Positions 35,262 through 45,082 of a stretch of 64,000 nucleotides of DNA are shown in pieces (the first letter of the stretch is position 1; each line of letters opens with the position of its first letter). The notes beneath the pieces are model-generated. The model did not search any database. It saw nothing but the letters and a program-made list of their open reading frames with translations, and was not told the origin of the DNA. The position numbers and the translations under genes were made by a program. Origin of the DNA: an uncultured SAR86 cluster bacterium (GTDB lineage: Bacteria > Pseudomonadota > Gammaproteobacteria > Magnimaribacterales > D2472); the NCBI GenBank assembly GCA_902558095.1, contig CACECP010000001.1, forward strand, positions 90,050 through 154,049, given 5' to 3'.

Positions 35262-36791
35262 ATGAATAATATAAGCAAGTCAAGATTTATTACTTCAGTT
35301 ATTTTAATTGTTGGAATTGCTGTATTGACTGCTTTTATTTCAATAAATACTGCTTACACATTAGATAATGGAGCTCAATCAAATCTTATAAATGATTTAT
35401 TTGCAGAAATGCAAACTTTTCTATCAAAATACCTTGGGTGGATGATAATCATACTTGCAAACGGTTTTTTAGTATTTTCTATATTCTTAATTTTTACAAA
35501 ATATAAAAATATCAAATTAGGTGGCCCTTCTGCAATACCAAAATATTCATACACAAATTGGATTGCTATGCTCTTTAGTGCAGGCCTTGGTATAGGATTA
35601 CTTTTTTATGGTGTTGCAGAACCTATAATGCATTTATCGTCTTATCCTGGAATGGTTGATGGAGATATTTCTTATAACGCAGGTAAGGCTATTGGATTGG
35701 CTAATCTTCACTGGGGTCTTCATGGATGGGCAATATATTCAGCTCTTGGCTTATGTTTTGCCTTTGCAACATATAACAAAAATCTTCCTTTCAGAGTGAG
35801 TTCGCTGCTAGGATCAAAAGTAGCAAACAACAAACCACTTGCTGTAACAATAGATATCATTGCAATTGTTACAACCGTGTTTGGAGTTACTACATCACTT
35901 GGCCTTGGGACTGAGCAAATTAGCGCTGGGTTAAGTCATATATTCTCAATTAAAGAAACATTTTCTAACAAAATGCTAATTATCTTAGTGATTACGTTAA
36001 TCGGCCTTCTTAGTGTTTCGTTAGGCCTTGATTCAGGTATAAAAAAACTTTCACAAATAAATATGGTTTTGGCAATAGTACTACTTGCATTCGTATTTTT
36101 ATTCGGACCAACAGTTTTTATTGTAAATGCTCTAATTCAAAATTTTGGTGCATATGTCAATACATTAATTGAGTCAGCTACTTGGACAGAAGTTTATGAT
36201 TCATCATCGTGGCAAAATGGTTGGACCTTGTTCTATTACTCATGGTGGTTTGCATGGGCTCCTTTTGTATCTCTTTTTATCGCAAGAATCTCTTATGGAA
36301 GATCAATTAAAGAATTTGTAATTGGAGTTTTGTTTGTTCCTTCACTCATTGTATTTCTTTGGATGGGTATCTTTGGAAATGCCGCAATTCACCAAGTAAT
36401 TAATGAAACAAGTCAACTTGGACAAGTGGTGAACACTAACTTTGACGTTGCTTTATTTTCTTTATTTGAGATTTATCCAGTTACAAAGTTTATTTCAATA
36501 GTTTCTCTAATTTTAATTGTTACTTTCTTTGTAACCTCATCTGATTCAGGAGCATTAGTTGCTTCAATGCTTTCATCAAAAAAACAAACAAGTATAAATG
36601 ATGATTCACCGATAATTTCAAGAGCAACATGGGCAATTTTGTTAGGATTGTTGGCTGGAGTCTTATTATTTGCTGGCGGTCTTAAAGCTTTGCAAACATC
36701 AGTAGTTATAACAGGAGTTCCTTTTGCAATTATTGTTGTCTTTGCTTGTAGAAAATTCTATAAATCTTTGGAAAAAGAGCTAAATAAATAA
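35262..36791 (+). CDS. BCCT-family transporter (betaine/carnitine/choline type)
   Basis: 509 aa with 12 TM. BCCT signature [33 protein letters not shown]. Confidence 0.9.
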   Translation: [509 protein letters not shown]

Positions 36792-36992
36792 TTAGTTTAT
36801 TTCGTCGTCTAATTTTTTTAATTCTTGTTCATCCATTTGATCTTCATAAACAAGATTATCATTATTACTTTTTTTAGACTTATTTAAATAAATTACAAGA
36901 AATACAATTAAGCCTCCGACAATAACTGCAGCGATAGATAATATCGCAAACATTGATATAGCAGAATCGACAGGGTTAGTTACAGGTTCCAT
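36792..36992 (-). CDS. Small single-TM hypothetical protein
   Basis: 66 aa with one TM (MFAILSIAAVIVGGLIVFLVIYL) and an acidic C-terminal tail. Abuts the convergent BCCT stop. Confidence 0.4.
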   Translation of the reverse strand: MEPVTNPVDSAISMFAILSIAAVIVGGLIVFLVIYLNKSKKSNNDNLVYEDQMDEQELKKLDDEIN

Positions 36993-37040
36993 ATTAAAAA
37001 GTAAAATATTTAGTTAATTTAATTGTAATATAATTTACAA

Positions 37041-37592
37041 ATGGATGCTTTAAAAAATATTCTTAATAGAGTTTCGGCCAGAGAATTAGCTCAACCCTAT
37101 CCATCTAATGATGAGATGAAATTGATTTATCAAGCTGCTTTAAGAGCACCTGACCATGCGTGGCTCAGACCAAGCAGCTTTATTGAGGTTAAGGATGAAG
37201 GTCTAGACAAGTTATCAAAAATATTTCATGAATACGCATTAACTTTAGATGATTTATCTGAGGAAATTATTAATAAATACAAAAATGCTCCATACAGAGC
37301 CCCTATGATAATTATCCTTGTTAGTACTTTTAAAGAACATCACAAGGTACCTTCAATTGAGCAAAAACTTTCAACTGCAACTGCTGCACAAAATATTAGT
37401 CTCGCACTCAATGCTATGAAATATTCATGTATATGGAGAACAGGAAAATTAGCTTTTAACAAAACTATTCAAGAAAAATTAGGGCTTAGCTCAAATCAAG
37501 AAATCCTTGGATACTTGTATGTAGGAACAGAAGTTGGTAAGAAGAAAAAAATACCTTCACTAGATATAGATGATTTTGTAAGCTACTTATAA
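37041..37592 (+). CDS. ydjA: NAD(P)H nitroreductase, YdjA-like
   Basis: 183 aa that lines up along its length with the E. coli YdjA pattern (LNRxSAR..A.P.P....L..I..A..RAPDH...P..F; NAPYRAP.II; HKVP..EQ; IWRTG; GYLY.GT). Confidence 0.8.
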   Translation: MDALKNILNRVSARELAQPYPSNDEMKLIYQAALRAPDHAWLRPSSFIEVKDEGLDKLSKIFHEYALTLDDLSEEIINKYKNAPYRAPMIIILVSTFKEHHKVPSIEQKLSTATAAQNISLALNAMKYSCIWRTGKLAFNKTIQEKLGLSSNQEILGYLYVGTEVGKKKKIPSLDIDDFVSYL

Positions 37593-37964
37593 CTTATTCG
37601 ATTTATATAAAAACGCAGAAGTTAAAGCCATTGAACAAAAAATTATTTCTGATACTAAGGCAGAAAAGACAATTGGAGCTTCATGATTAAATGATGCTGT
37701 TATATTAAAAATAGCTGCTAAAAAATACACTAGTCCAGTGCAAAAAATCCATTGATGCTGTTTGGTAAAAAAAGATATAAATGACATTATAGAAGTGGCT
37801 AGAAAAAGAGCAGTAAAATCTCTAATTTGTGTATTTCTTCCATAACCTTCTAAAAAATCCATATAGAGTTGTTCAGCTGCAAATTTTGGAGTAAAAATCC
37901 ATAATACAGCCATTAATAAAAGTACTAAACCAAGGAAAACTGACAATATATCTTGAATTTTCAT
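37587..37964 (-). CDS. Hypothetical 4-TM membrane protein
   Basis: 125 aa with four hydrophobic segments. Overlaps the upstream S51 peptidase gene by 4 nt. Confidence 0.5.
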   Translation of the reverse strand: MKIQDILSVFLGLVLLLMAVLWIFTPKFAAEQLYMDFLEGYGRNTQIRDFTALFLATSIMSFISFFTKQHQWIFCTGLVYFLAAIFNITASFNHEAPIVFSALVSEIIFCSMALTSAFLYKSNKL

Positions 37965-38659
37965 AACGTAATTTTTTCTGTTTTACTAATTTGATTATGA
38001 ATTATTTTATTTTCTTTGCAACTTACATCATATGAATCAGTGTTATCTCCAAAACTAACTACAAATTTTGCTGCGTCATCAATCATATGAAGTGCACAAA
38101 ATCCATCAATTGCAAAACAATTATCAATAACAGCCTCTTCTAAAACTTTTTTTACAAAAGGAATTCTCTCTGGTTCCTCATCATAGTGAGGACAACATAT
38201 TCCATCTACAAATCCAAGACATGGCAATATAGCCTGATGATCTTTCCATGAATCTGTAATGCCTTTATCAAACCAACATATAGCACCTGCGCTTACTCCA
38301 CTCATAATCACGCCATTGTCATATGCGCTTTTTAGGATGCTATCAAGACCCCATTCTCTCCATACTGCAAGCATACTTTTAGTATTACCTCCTCCGACAA
38401 AAACAATATCTTGATTTGAAATGTGTTTATCTAATTTAATAGTCCTTTTAAAAAAATCTATATGCGAAGTTTTACAATTTAGAGAATCAAAAGCCTTATA
38501 AAAATTATCTATATATCCTTGATCATCGCCTGTAGCAGTTGGAATAAAACAAATTGAAGGACTATCATTATTTGATTGATTCACTATATATTTTTCAATT
38601 TTTAAGTCTTTAATTTCTCGCCCAAATCCACCTCCACCAATTGCAATAATTTGTTTCAT
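37961..38659 (-). CDS. Peptidase S51 (dipeptidase E-like) family protein
   Basis: Motifs MKQIIAIGGGGF, FIPTATGD, VFVGGGNT and nucleophile context MSGVSAGAICWF. I prefer the start at 38659, 2 nt after the sulfotransferase stop. The track ORF extends to 38707. Confidence 0.75.
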   Translation of the reverse strand: MKQIIAIGGGGFGREIKDLKIEKYIVNQSNNDSPSICFIPTATGDDQGYIDNFYKAFDSLNCKTSHIDFFKRTIKLDKHISNQDIVFVGGGNTKSMLAVWREWGLDSILKSAYDNGVIMSGVSAGAICWFDKGITDSWKDHQAILPCLGFVDGICCPHYDEEPERIPFVKKVLEEAVIDNCFAIDGFCALHMIDDAAKFVVSFGDNTDSYDVSCKENKIIHNQISKTEKITL

Positions 38660-38661
38660 TA

Positions 38662-40254
38662 TTATTTGTCCTCCATTTGTAAAACCTCTTTCAGGGGGTC
38701 TAACCAAGATTTAAAATATTCCCATTGACCTACTCCTTTTTTATATATTGGTTGTCGTACCTGTTCTGAGCTTGGTGTTCTAACTGTTCTTTTTGTTTTA
38801 AAAAAATTTAAACAACCTTCTTCAAAATCTAACTCACAAAAATCGAGTAATTTTCTTATCTCAACCTCTGTGTTTTCAACCATATCCTCATAAACAACTC
38901 TATGGACTTTTTTAGGTAAAACCTTATCCCAGTGATCCATTATTTTTAAATAATCTAGATAGTAATTGCCAATTCTGTTTTGTGAATAGGTAAATCCTTG
39001 ACCTGAGCCAAAAAGCTGTTTGTAGCAACTAAAACAACAATCCATAGGATTTCTTCGAGTATCAATTATTTTTGCATTGGGAAGAATTAGATGAATGAGA
39101 CCAATATGAACAAAATTATTGGGCATCTTATCAATAAAATATGGTTTATCTGTTACTCTTTGATCAAGTGTATTTTGAATATATGCCTTACCCATTTTTT
39201 TAAACTCAGATTTTTTCATATCTTTTAAAGCTGAGGGGTATTCAGATTTGCTGGAAGAATTCTTTTTATTAGCAATTTTTCTTGATAATGCAATTATGTT
39301 CTGCAATTCGGTTGTACCCTCAACAAGAGAATGAGAAGATAATATTTGCTCAACAAGGGTAGACCCTGACCTTGGAAGTCCCACAACAAATATTGGATCA
39401 GTATTTGTATCGCCCACTCCTTTAAATTGTTCTAAAAGATCTTTGTTAAAAAAAGTTATTATCTCATCACATTCTTTTGAAAAGTTTCTTGAATCCCAGG
39501 GAACCTGTTTGCTTTTTATAGTGTTACCCTTTGTATAGGCAGCCATAGCTAATTCAAATTTTTTTGCATCCTCCTCAGCTTTTCCTAATGCAAATAGTAA
39601 ATGGAAATAATCATCGATCTTACATTCTTTATCATTTAAAAGAGTATGTAAGTTGTTCATATCATCAGATGTAAATTTATAAGTTTTTAAATTTGCTAAA
39701 CTCCAATATGCTTCGCCATATCCTGTTTTGGTTGAGATTGCATTTTTATATGATTCAATTGCTTCATCCAATCTGCCAACTGCTCTTAATGTATGACCGT
39801 AACTAAGATGAAGTTGACTATGTTTTATTCCATGGTCTTTAATAATTTTTTCAAAGATTATAAGAGCCTGGTCATGCTGGTTAGCTAAAGCTAAATTTAC
39901 TGCCTTTAATGTTAAATATTGGTTATTTTGTGGTTCTTTTTCTAGAAGGATATTTATTTGTTCTAACGCTTCAAATGGAAGTTGTCTTTTGTATAGAAGA
40001 TTTGCATAACTTAATCTTGCTGGATCATAATCGGGTGATAAATCTAATGCACGAGTAAGTAAATATCCTGCATCTTTGTATGCTCTAAATTTAACACCAA
40101 TATCTGCCAACAACTTCATTGCGTTAACATCCATCGGATATTCTTTTAAATAATCCCTTAAAATTGGTTCAGCTTTTTTTAGTTTTTCTTCTGAAATATA
40201 TTTTGCAGCCTGCATTAAAGCTTCTGGAATATTATTTTTAGAATATGCGTTCAA
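38662..40254 (-). CDS. TPR-repeat sulfotransferase (copy 2)
   Basis: 530 aa with no signal peptide. TPR N-terminal half, then [20 protein letters not shown] and [18 protein letters not shown]. The C-terminal [19 protein letters not shown] is shared with copy 1. Confidence 0.8.
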   Translation of the reverse strand: [530 protein letters not shown]

Positions 40255-40263
40255 TTATTTAAA

Positions 40264-40294
40264 TAAAAAAGGCTGTATTTGAATACAGCCTTTT
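40264..40294 (-). terminator. Rho-independent terminator after TBDR-2
   Basis: An 8-bp stem ggctgtat/atacagcc with a 4-nt loop. On the minus strand it is followed by UUUUUUAUUU. It ends about 9 nt upstream of the sulfotransferase-2 start codon. Confidence 0.8.
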
Positions 40295-40313
40295 CATTAA
40301 TTTATAAAAACTA

Positions 40314-42581
40314 TTATTTATATTTCCAACTGAATTTAACACCAACAGTAGTTGGTCTATTTACAGTTGTTAATTTTTGAATATCTTCACTATTTATATA
40401 TAGTTGAGCAACTTCATCAAATATATTATCCATATATATCTGCATTGTAGAGTTGTCTCCAACTTGAGTAGTGAATGATAGATTAGCAATACCATATGAG
40501 TCTTGCATCTCTCTATCACTGTAGAATAGATCATTCCACATTTCATCTACAAATACATAGTTGAACTGAAGGCTTGAACTTTCACCAGTATCTACATTGA
40601 TAGTGACGTTATATTTAGTATCAGGGGTAAATGGCAGATCTTGGCCATCTTTAGCTTCTACCACTCCTCTTAATACATAATCCTCTTTGAGAACAGCTTC
40701 GTTACTAGCATAACCAAGTGCCACACTAACTGTATCACTTAGAATATACTTAGCATCGATCTCATAACCGTTACTGTTAGCCTTGCCTATATTATCAACA
40801 AGTCCAAGCAATGATATAGATGAATCAAACCATCCAAGCTGGATATCATCCCAGTCCATCTGATACATAGCAGCATTTAATCTCAATCTTCCATCCATAG
40901 ATATAGATTTAAATCCAAACTCTGTGCTGGTTAAGAAGTCAGCATCATAAGTAGCTCCTAGTTGGGTTGTTCTATTTGCACCACCAGGCCTGTAACCTTC
41001 AGATCTAGTGATATAAATCATGGAATTATTGTCAACCTGATAGGATAAATTAATTTTTGAAATGCTATCACTACCATCATATAAAGAATTAACATTATCA
41101 GGTCGTGTTGTGCTTCCTAAGATGTAATTAGGCCACCAAACAGTTCCAACAAAGCCTTTTAGGGTAGTTTCATTATCAAATTTTCTATGACCTAATGTAA
41201 GTTCGATTTTGTCATTAATTTGATAGTAAATTTCACCAAAAACAGCTGACTCATCTTCAGCTCTTACTTGATCTGTTTGATAATAAAGATCTTTAGAGCC
41301 TGGAACCGCCGCAGCAGGATTAATAGCTGGAACATGCCATTGGGAGTCATAATCCGTAACATTTTCAGTTTGGAAAGCACCAATGATCCAGTTTAGCTTT
41401 TCACCCTCTTTGGAAGATAATCTAATTTCAGTTGTGTCATATTCTTGATGAGTATCATTTTCAAATTGAATACTTGGATCAACACATGGTCCAAAATAAT
41501 ATGTATAACAAGTGTAGTAACCCTCAACGTATCCATCAATTGCATAATGAGAATAATCACTCAAAACTTCAAAGTCTCTTTCAAGACTTGATGTAGTGAA
41601 AGTTAAATCAGCAAATCCAAGATCGCCAGTTACTGTTGCTGAAAATCTGGTCCACTCGTCGTGAGTTTTATCATCATAGAATCTGCTCACATTATATTCT
41701 CCAAGCTCATCTGGATTATGATCCCAGACACCGTTTGTTGAAGTTTCCTGACCCATGTAATTGACATCAATTTGCCAATTTTCATTAAGATCTACTCTTA
41801 AAGCAGCTCTGTAGCCTTCTTTTACAGCATCATTGAAGTTATCTTCTACAAAAACTTCATTTGATCTTGTTATACCACTTACTGGATAGGTAATTGAATC
41901 ATTTACTGAATCAATAAAACCACCGTCTCTATCATTAAAACCTACAAATCTTAATGCAGCATTTTGTGAAAGAGGAATGTTTACAAAACCTTCTACCATC
42001 GTACTTCCATCGCCACCTCTTGTAGATTCAGCACTTAAGTTAAAACCAGAATCAAATTCTGAAGATGGTTTTTTTGTAATTATTTTTAAATTACCAGCTT
42101 GTGACGCTGCACCATAAAGCGTTCCTTGAGGTCCAGTTAATGACTCAACTCTCTCTATATCATAAACATGCACATCTAGGTTATCGCCAATCATTGTGAC
42201 TGGTGATTCATCAAGATAAATTGCTACTGCTGGTCCTTGAAGTGATTGGTTGTTATTACCACCATCAGATATACCTCTCATGAAAATTTGTCCTTGGCCA
42301 GGTCTTCTTTGAACAGCAGAAGCCGCAGGTAGTTGAAGAACGTAATCAGCAAAATCTTTTATATTTAATGAGTCCAACTCATCCGAAGATAATGTTGTAA
42401 CACTGATTGGTACATTTTGAAGGTTTTCAGTTTTCTTTTGCGCGCTAACGATAACTTCCTCAATCATCATGTCATCTTGTGCAATTGTGTTTGCACTTAC
42501 AAGCACAGCAGAAGCTATTGCGGTAGCTTTAGTAGTCTTAACCACAGCATCGTGAACCTTCTCTGCGTGAAATATATTCAT
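40314..42581 (-). CDS. TonB-dependent receptor (TBDR-2, paralog of TBDR-1)
   Basis: 755 aa with plug motifs EEVIVSAQKK and LTGPQGTLYGAASQAGNLKII. The barrel ends in TVGVKFSWKYK. Confidence 0.9.
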   Translation of the reverse strand: MNIFHAEKVHDAVVKTTKATAIASAVLVSANTIAQDDMMIEEVIVSAQKKTENLQNVPISVTTLSSDELDSLNIKDFADYVLQLPAASAVQRRPGQGQIFMRGISDGGNNNQSLQGPAVAIYLDESPVTMIGDNLDVHVYDIERVESLTGPQGTLYGAASQAGNLKIITKKPSSEFDSGFNLSAESTRGGDGSTMVEGFVNIPLSQNAALRFVGFNDRDGGFIDSVNDSITYPVSGITRSNEVFVEDNFNDAVKEGYRAALRVDLNENWQIDVNYMGQETSTNGVWDHNPDELGEYNVSRFYDDKTHDEWTRFSATVTGDLGFADLTFTTSSLERDFEVLSDYSHYAIDGYVEGYYTCYTYYFGPCVDPSIQFENDTHQEYDTTEIRLSSKEGEKLNWIIGAFQTENVTDYDSQWHVPAINPAAAVPGSKDLYYQTDQVRAEDESAVFGEIYYQINDKIELTLGHRKFDNETTLKGFVGTVWWPNYILGSTTRPDNVNSLYDGSDSISKINLSYQVDNNSMIYITRSEGYRPGGANRTTQLGATYDADFLTSTEFGFKSISMDGRLRLNAAMYQMDWDDIQLGWFDSSISLLGLVDNIGKANSNGYEIDAKYILSDTVSVALGYASNEAVLKEDYVLRGVVEAKDGQDLPFTPDTKYNVTINVDTGESSSLQFNYVFVDEMWNDLFYSDREMQDSYGIANLSFTTQVGDNSTMQIYMDNIFDEVAQLYINSEDIQKLTTVNRPTTVGVKFSWKYK

Positions 42582-42679
42582 AGTCTCTCCCTAAATTTAT
42601 AAAAAAATCTAAATAAAATATACAATAATTTTAAAATATAGTAAATTTTTATTACAAATAATTAATTAAACGTAATTAA

Positions 42680-44377
42680 ATGAAAAACTATCTCAAATTT
42701 ATATTGTCTCCATTAATCTTAATATTGATTTTATCCTGCTCTAAAGAGGATTTTTCTTTTTTACCTTTAAATGAACAATGGATTGTTGATGAAAGAGAAG
42801 CAACAAGATGGTCAATGGTAAAGCATGAAAATTTACCTACACTTACTGGAACAGTTGAATGGCAAAACTATATGAATTTCTTAGAAAATGAGTTTAAAAA
42901 ATATGGTGTCGTAGATATTTATAAAAACTCATGGGAATTCGATAGATGGGATATATCTGAAGATCCTTCAAACTGGACTCTTTCAGTTGAAGATAAGCAA
43001 GTAAGAGTGGCATATTATGGTGCTTATTCAGGAAAAACCGGTCCCGAAGGTATTTCAGCCGAAATGATTTACTATGATCATACAAATCCTCCAAATAATA
43101 TTAAAGACAAAATTGTTGTTATTCCAACAAGAAAGCATCCAGAAAAGCCTTACAGTATTAATTATTTAACTAATTACACATACAATGATTATGAATATGT
43201 TCTTGATGGTGAGACTTTGCCTAAACCTTTTGAATTTGTAGATCCTGAAACATCATTTACATTTGATATATGGTATCAGCTTGCTCAAAGACTCGATCAA
43301 ATTCCAGAAGATGGAGAAGCTGCTGGTGCCGTAATTGTTTATGACATGGCATATGATAGAACTAAGGGACTTTATACCTTCCCTGTTCCTGATTATTACG
43401 AATCGCCTACATTAATCCTTTCAAGAGAAGACGGAAATGAAGTTATTGAGGCAGCAAAAAACAGTAAAACAGCCACAATTGTTCTTAACAGTAATATTGT
43501 TAAATCAGAAGCATATCAATTGATTGGATATTTACCTGGTAAAAATTATGGAACTGATAAAGACGAGCAAATTATCTTAACAAATCACACAGATGGCCCA
43601 TCAATTACTCAAGATAATGGAGCCTTGGGAATTCTAGGTATTATTAAATATTTTTCTAATATTCCTCAAGAAAAGAGAGATAGGACATTACTTATTTATC
43701 TTGATTGCAGGCATTACATGCCAGGAATGGAACAATCTCATAAGAATGTTTCTTGGCTTAAGAAAAATCCTGATTTAAAAGACAAGGTTGTTGGTTTAAT
43801 TCAAACAGAGCATTTAGGTGAAATGGATTATAAAGAAGTGAACGGAGAGGTATTACCAACTGGTTATACAGAACAATCATATCTATGGACACGAAACAAT
43901 GAATATCTTATAAGTTCTGCAAAAAAAGCTTTAGATAGATACGGTTGGTCAAGAGGCATTCTGTCAGTACCAGAAAGACCTGGGCCTAATGGTGAACTTC
44001 AGCAGGTTTGGTGGGGTGTTGGAATTATCGCGTTGGCTAACGAACTCAGAAATAATGAAAATTGTGATGAATATAGTTGTGATGATGACTCAAGTTCAAA
44101 CAGTCCTTTGTTATGGAATGGTTCTAGTTGTGAAGTGTGGACATGCTTAAATGTGCCTGCTTATGGCCAAGGCGGTTTCTTAGGTTATTATTGGAATAAA
44201 TATTCTGATATTGATAAATGGAATTCAGAATTATTTATTCAACAAACCTCTACAATGATAGATCTAACTGGGATATTAATGTATAGCGATCTTGAAAAAA
44301 TTAAGCCTATTCTTACAGATCAAAGTTTTAGAAAAACTGATATGAGTATTGCAGCTCCTATTGATATTTCTAATTAA
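42680..44377 (+). CDS. Hypothetical lipoprotein with weak M28/PA-like peptidase motifs
   Basis: 565 aa with lipobox LILILILSC. NHTDGPS and QDNGALGILG resemble M28 HxD / DNxxG metal motifs, but the EE motif is not evident. Confidence 0.35.
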   Translation: MKNYLKFILSPLILILILSCSKEDFSFLPLNEQWIVDEREATRWSMVKHENLPTLTGTVEWQNYMNFLENEFKKYGVVDIYKNSWEFDRWDISEDPSNWTLSVEDKQVRVAYYGAYSGKTGPEGISAEMIYYDHTNPPNNIKDKIVVIPTRKHPEKPYSINYLTNYTYNDYEYVLDGETLPKPFEFVDPETSFTFDIWYQLAQRLDQIPEDGEAAGAVIVYDMAYDRTKGLYTFPVPDYYESPTLILSREDGNEVIEAAKNSKTATIVLNSNIVKSEAYQLIGYLPGKNYGTDKDEQIILTNHTDGPSITQDNGALGILGIIKYFSNIPQEKRDRTLLIYLDCRHYMPGMEQSHKNVSWLKKNPDLKDKVVGLIQTEHLGEMDYKEVNGEVLPTGYTEQSYLWTRNNEYLISSAKKALDRYGWSRGILSVPERPGPNGELQQVWWGVGIIALANELRNNENCDEYSCDDDSSSNSPLLWNGSSCEVWTCLNVPAYGQGGFLGYYWNKYSDIDKWNSELFIQQTSTMIDLTGILMYSDLEKIKPILTDQSFRKTDMSIAAPIDISN

Positions 44378-44380
44378 GAT

Positions 44381-45061
44381 TCACCATTTAAAACTATTGT
44401 GAAATTGTAATAATTTTTTTTTCCAAATATTTGTATAGTGAGTAAATTCAGATTCTTTAATTACAAATTTCTTATAAATTAAATCTCTATCAACCATTAG
44501 TATAGCAATTTGAGAGATATTGGTATCGAACATCACATTATGTGCATTTGCATATGCACAGCATTGAAGAAAATAGTCGCTAATCCATTCTTTTCTTTTG
44601 ATTTTTTTTGATGTTTTGAAATCAATAAGTGTTTCCTTTCCATCAAAAATACCAACACAATCTGCTGTGCCAGCATACAAATTAGTTAAAAACAAATGCA
44701 CTTCTAAACCAAAAACTTCAGATATATCAACAAGTGCTTCTTTTTTTAATTTATCTGACATTTTTTTTGCTAAATTTCCCAAACTATCATCAGTAAATAT
44801 ATCTTTATCTATACTATTTAGATGATTTTCTAGTGCTAGATGAACCATAGTGCCAATATCGGTGGCTTCTTTCATGACTCTATCAGCTTCTATATCACCT
44901 ACTCTGTTCCTCCATTGATCTAAAGATGACTTTTTGTCTGAAAGATTATCCAGAACTGTAGTTACACTTGGTATTTCGTTACCTTCAGAATCTATATAGA
45001 ACCTTCCTAATTTATTTTGAATTCTTTTTAGCTCTGGATATTTATATTTATTTGTTATCAT
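44381..45061 (-). CDS. PD-(D/E)XK (RecB/Cas4-like) nuclease family protein
   Basis: 226 aa. Motif order is GTMVHLALE ... GLEVHLF ... GTADCVG ... LIDFKTSKK (D/ExK) ... QCCAYA (QxxxY). No Cys cluster. Confidence 0.65.
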   Translation of the reverse strand: MITNKYKYPELKRIQNKLGRFYIDSEGNEIPSVTTVLDNLSDKKSSLDQWRNRVGDIEADRVMKEATDIGTMVHLALENHLNSIDKDIFTDDSLGNLAKKMSDKLKKEALVDISEVFGLEVHLFLTNLYAGTADCVGIFDGKETLIDFKTSKKIKRKEWISDYFLQCCAYANAHNVMFDTNISQIAILMVDRDLIYKKFVIKESEFTHYTNIWKKKLLQFHNSFKW

Positions 45062-45082
45062 TAACGATATTCTATATTTAAT

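Noticed and set aside
42680-44377. Confident call of the 565-aa lipoprotein as an M28 aminopeptidase.
   Set aside because: Only the HxD-like and DNGxxG-like motifs are visible, and the catalytic/metal EE pair is not evident. It is kept as hypothetical with a weak family hint.
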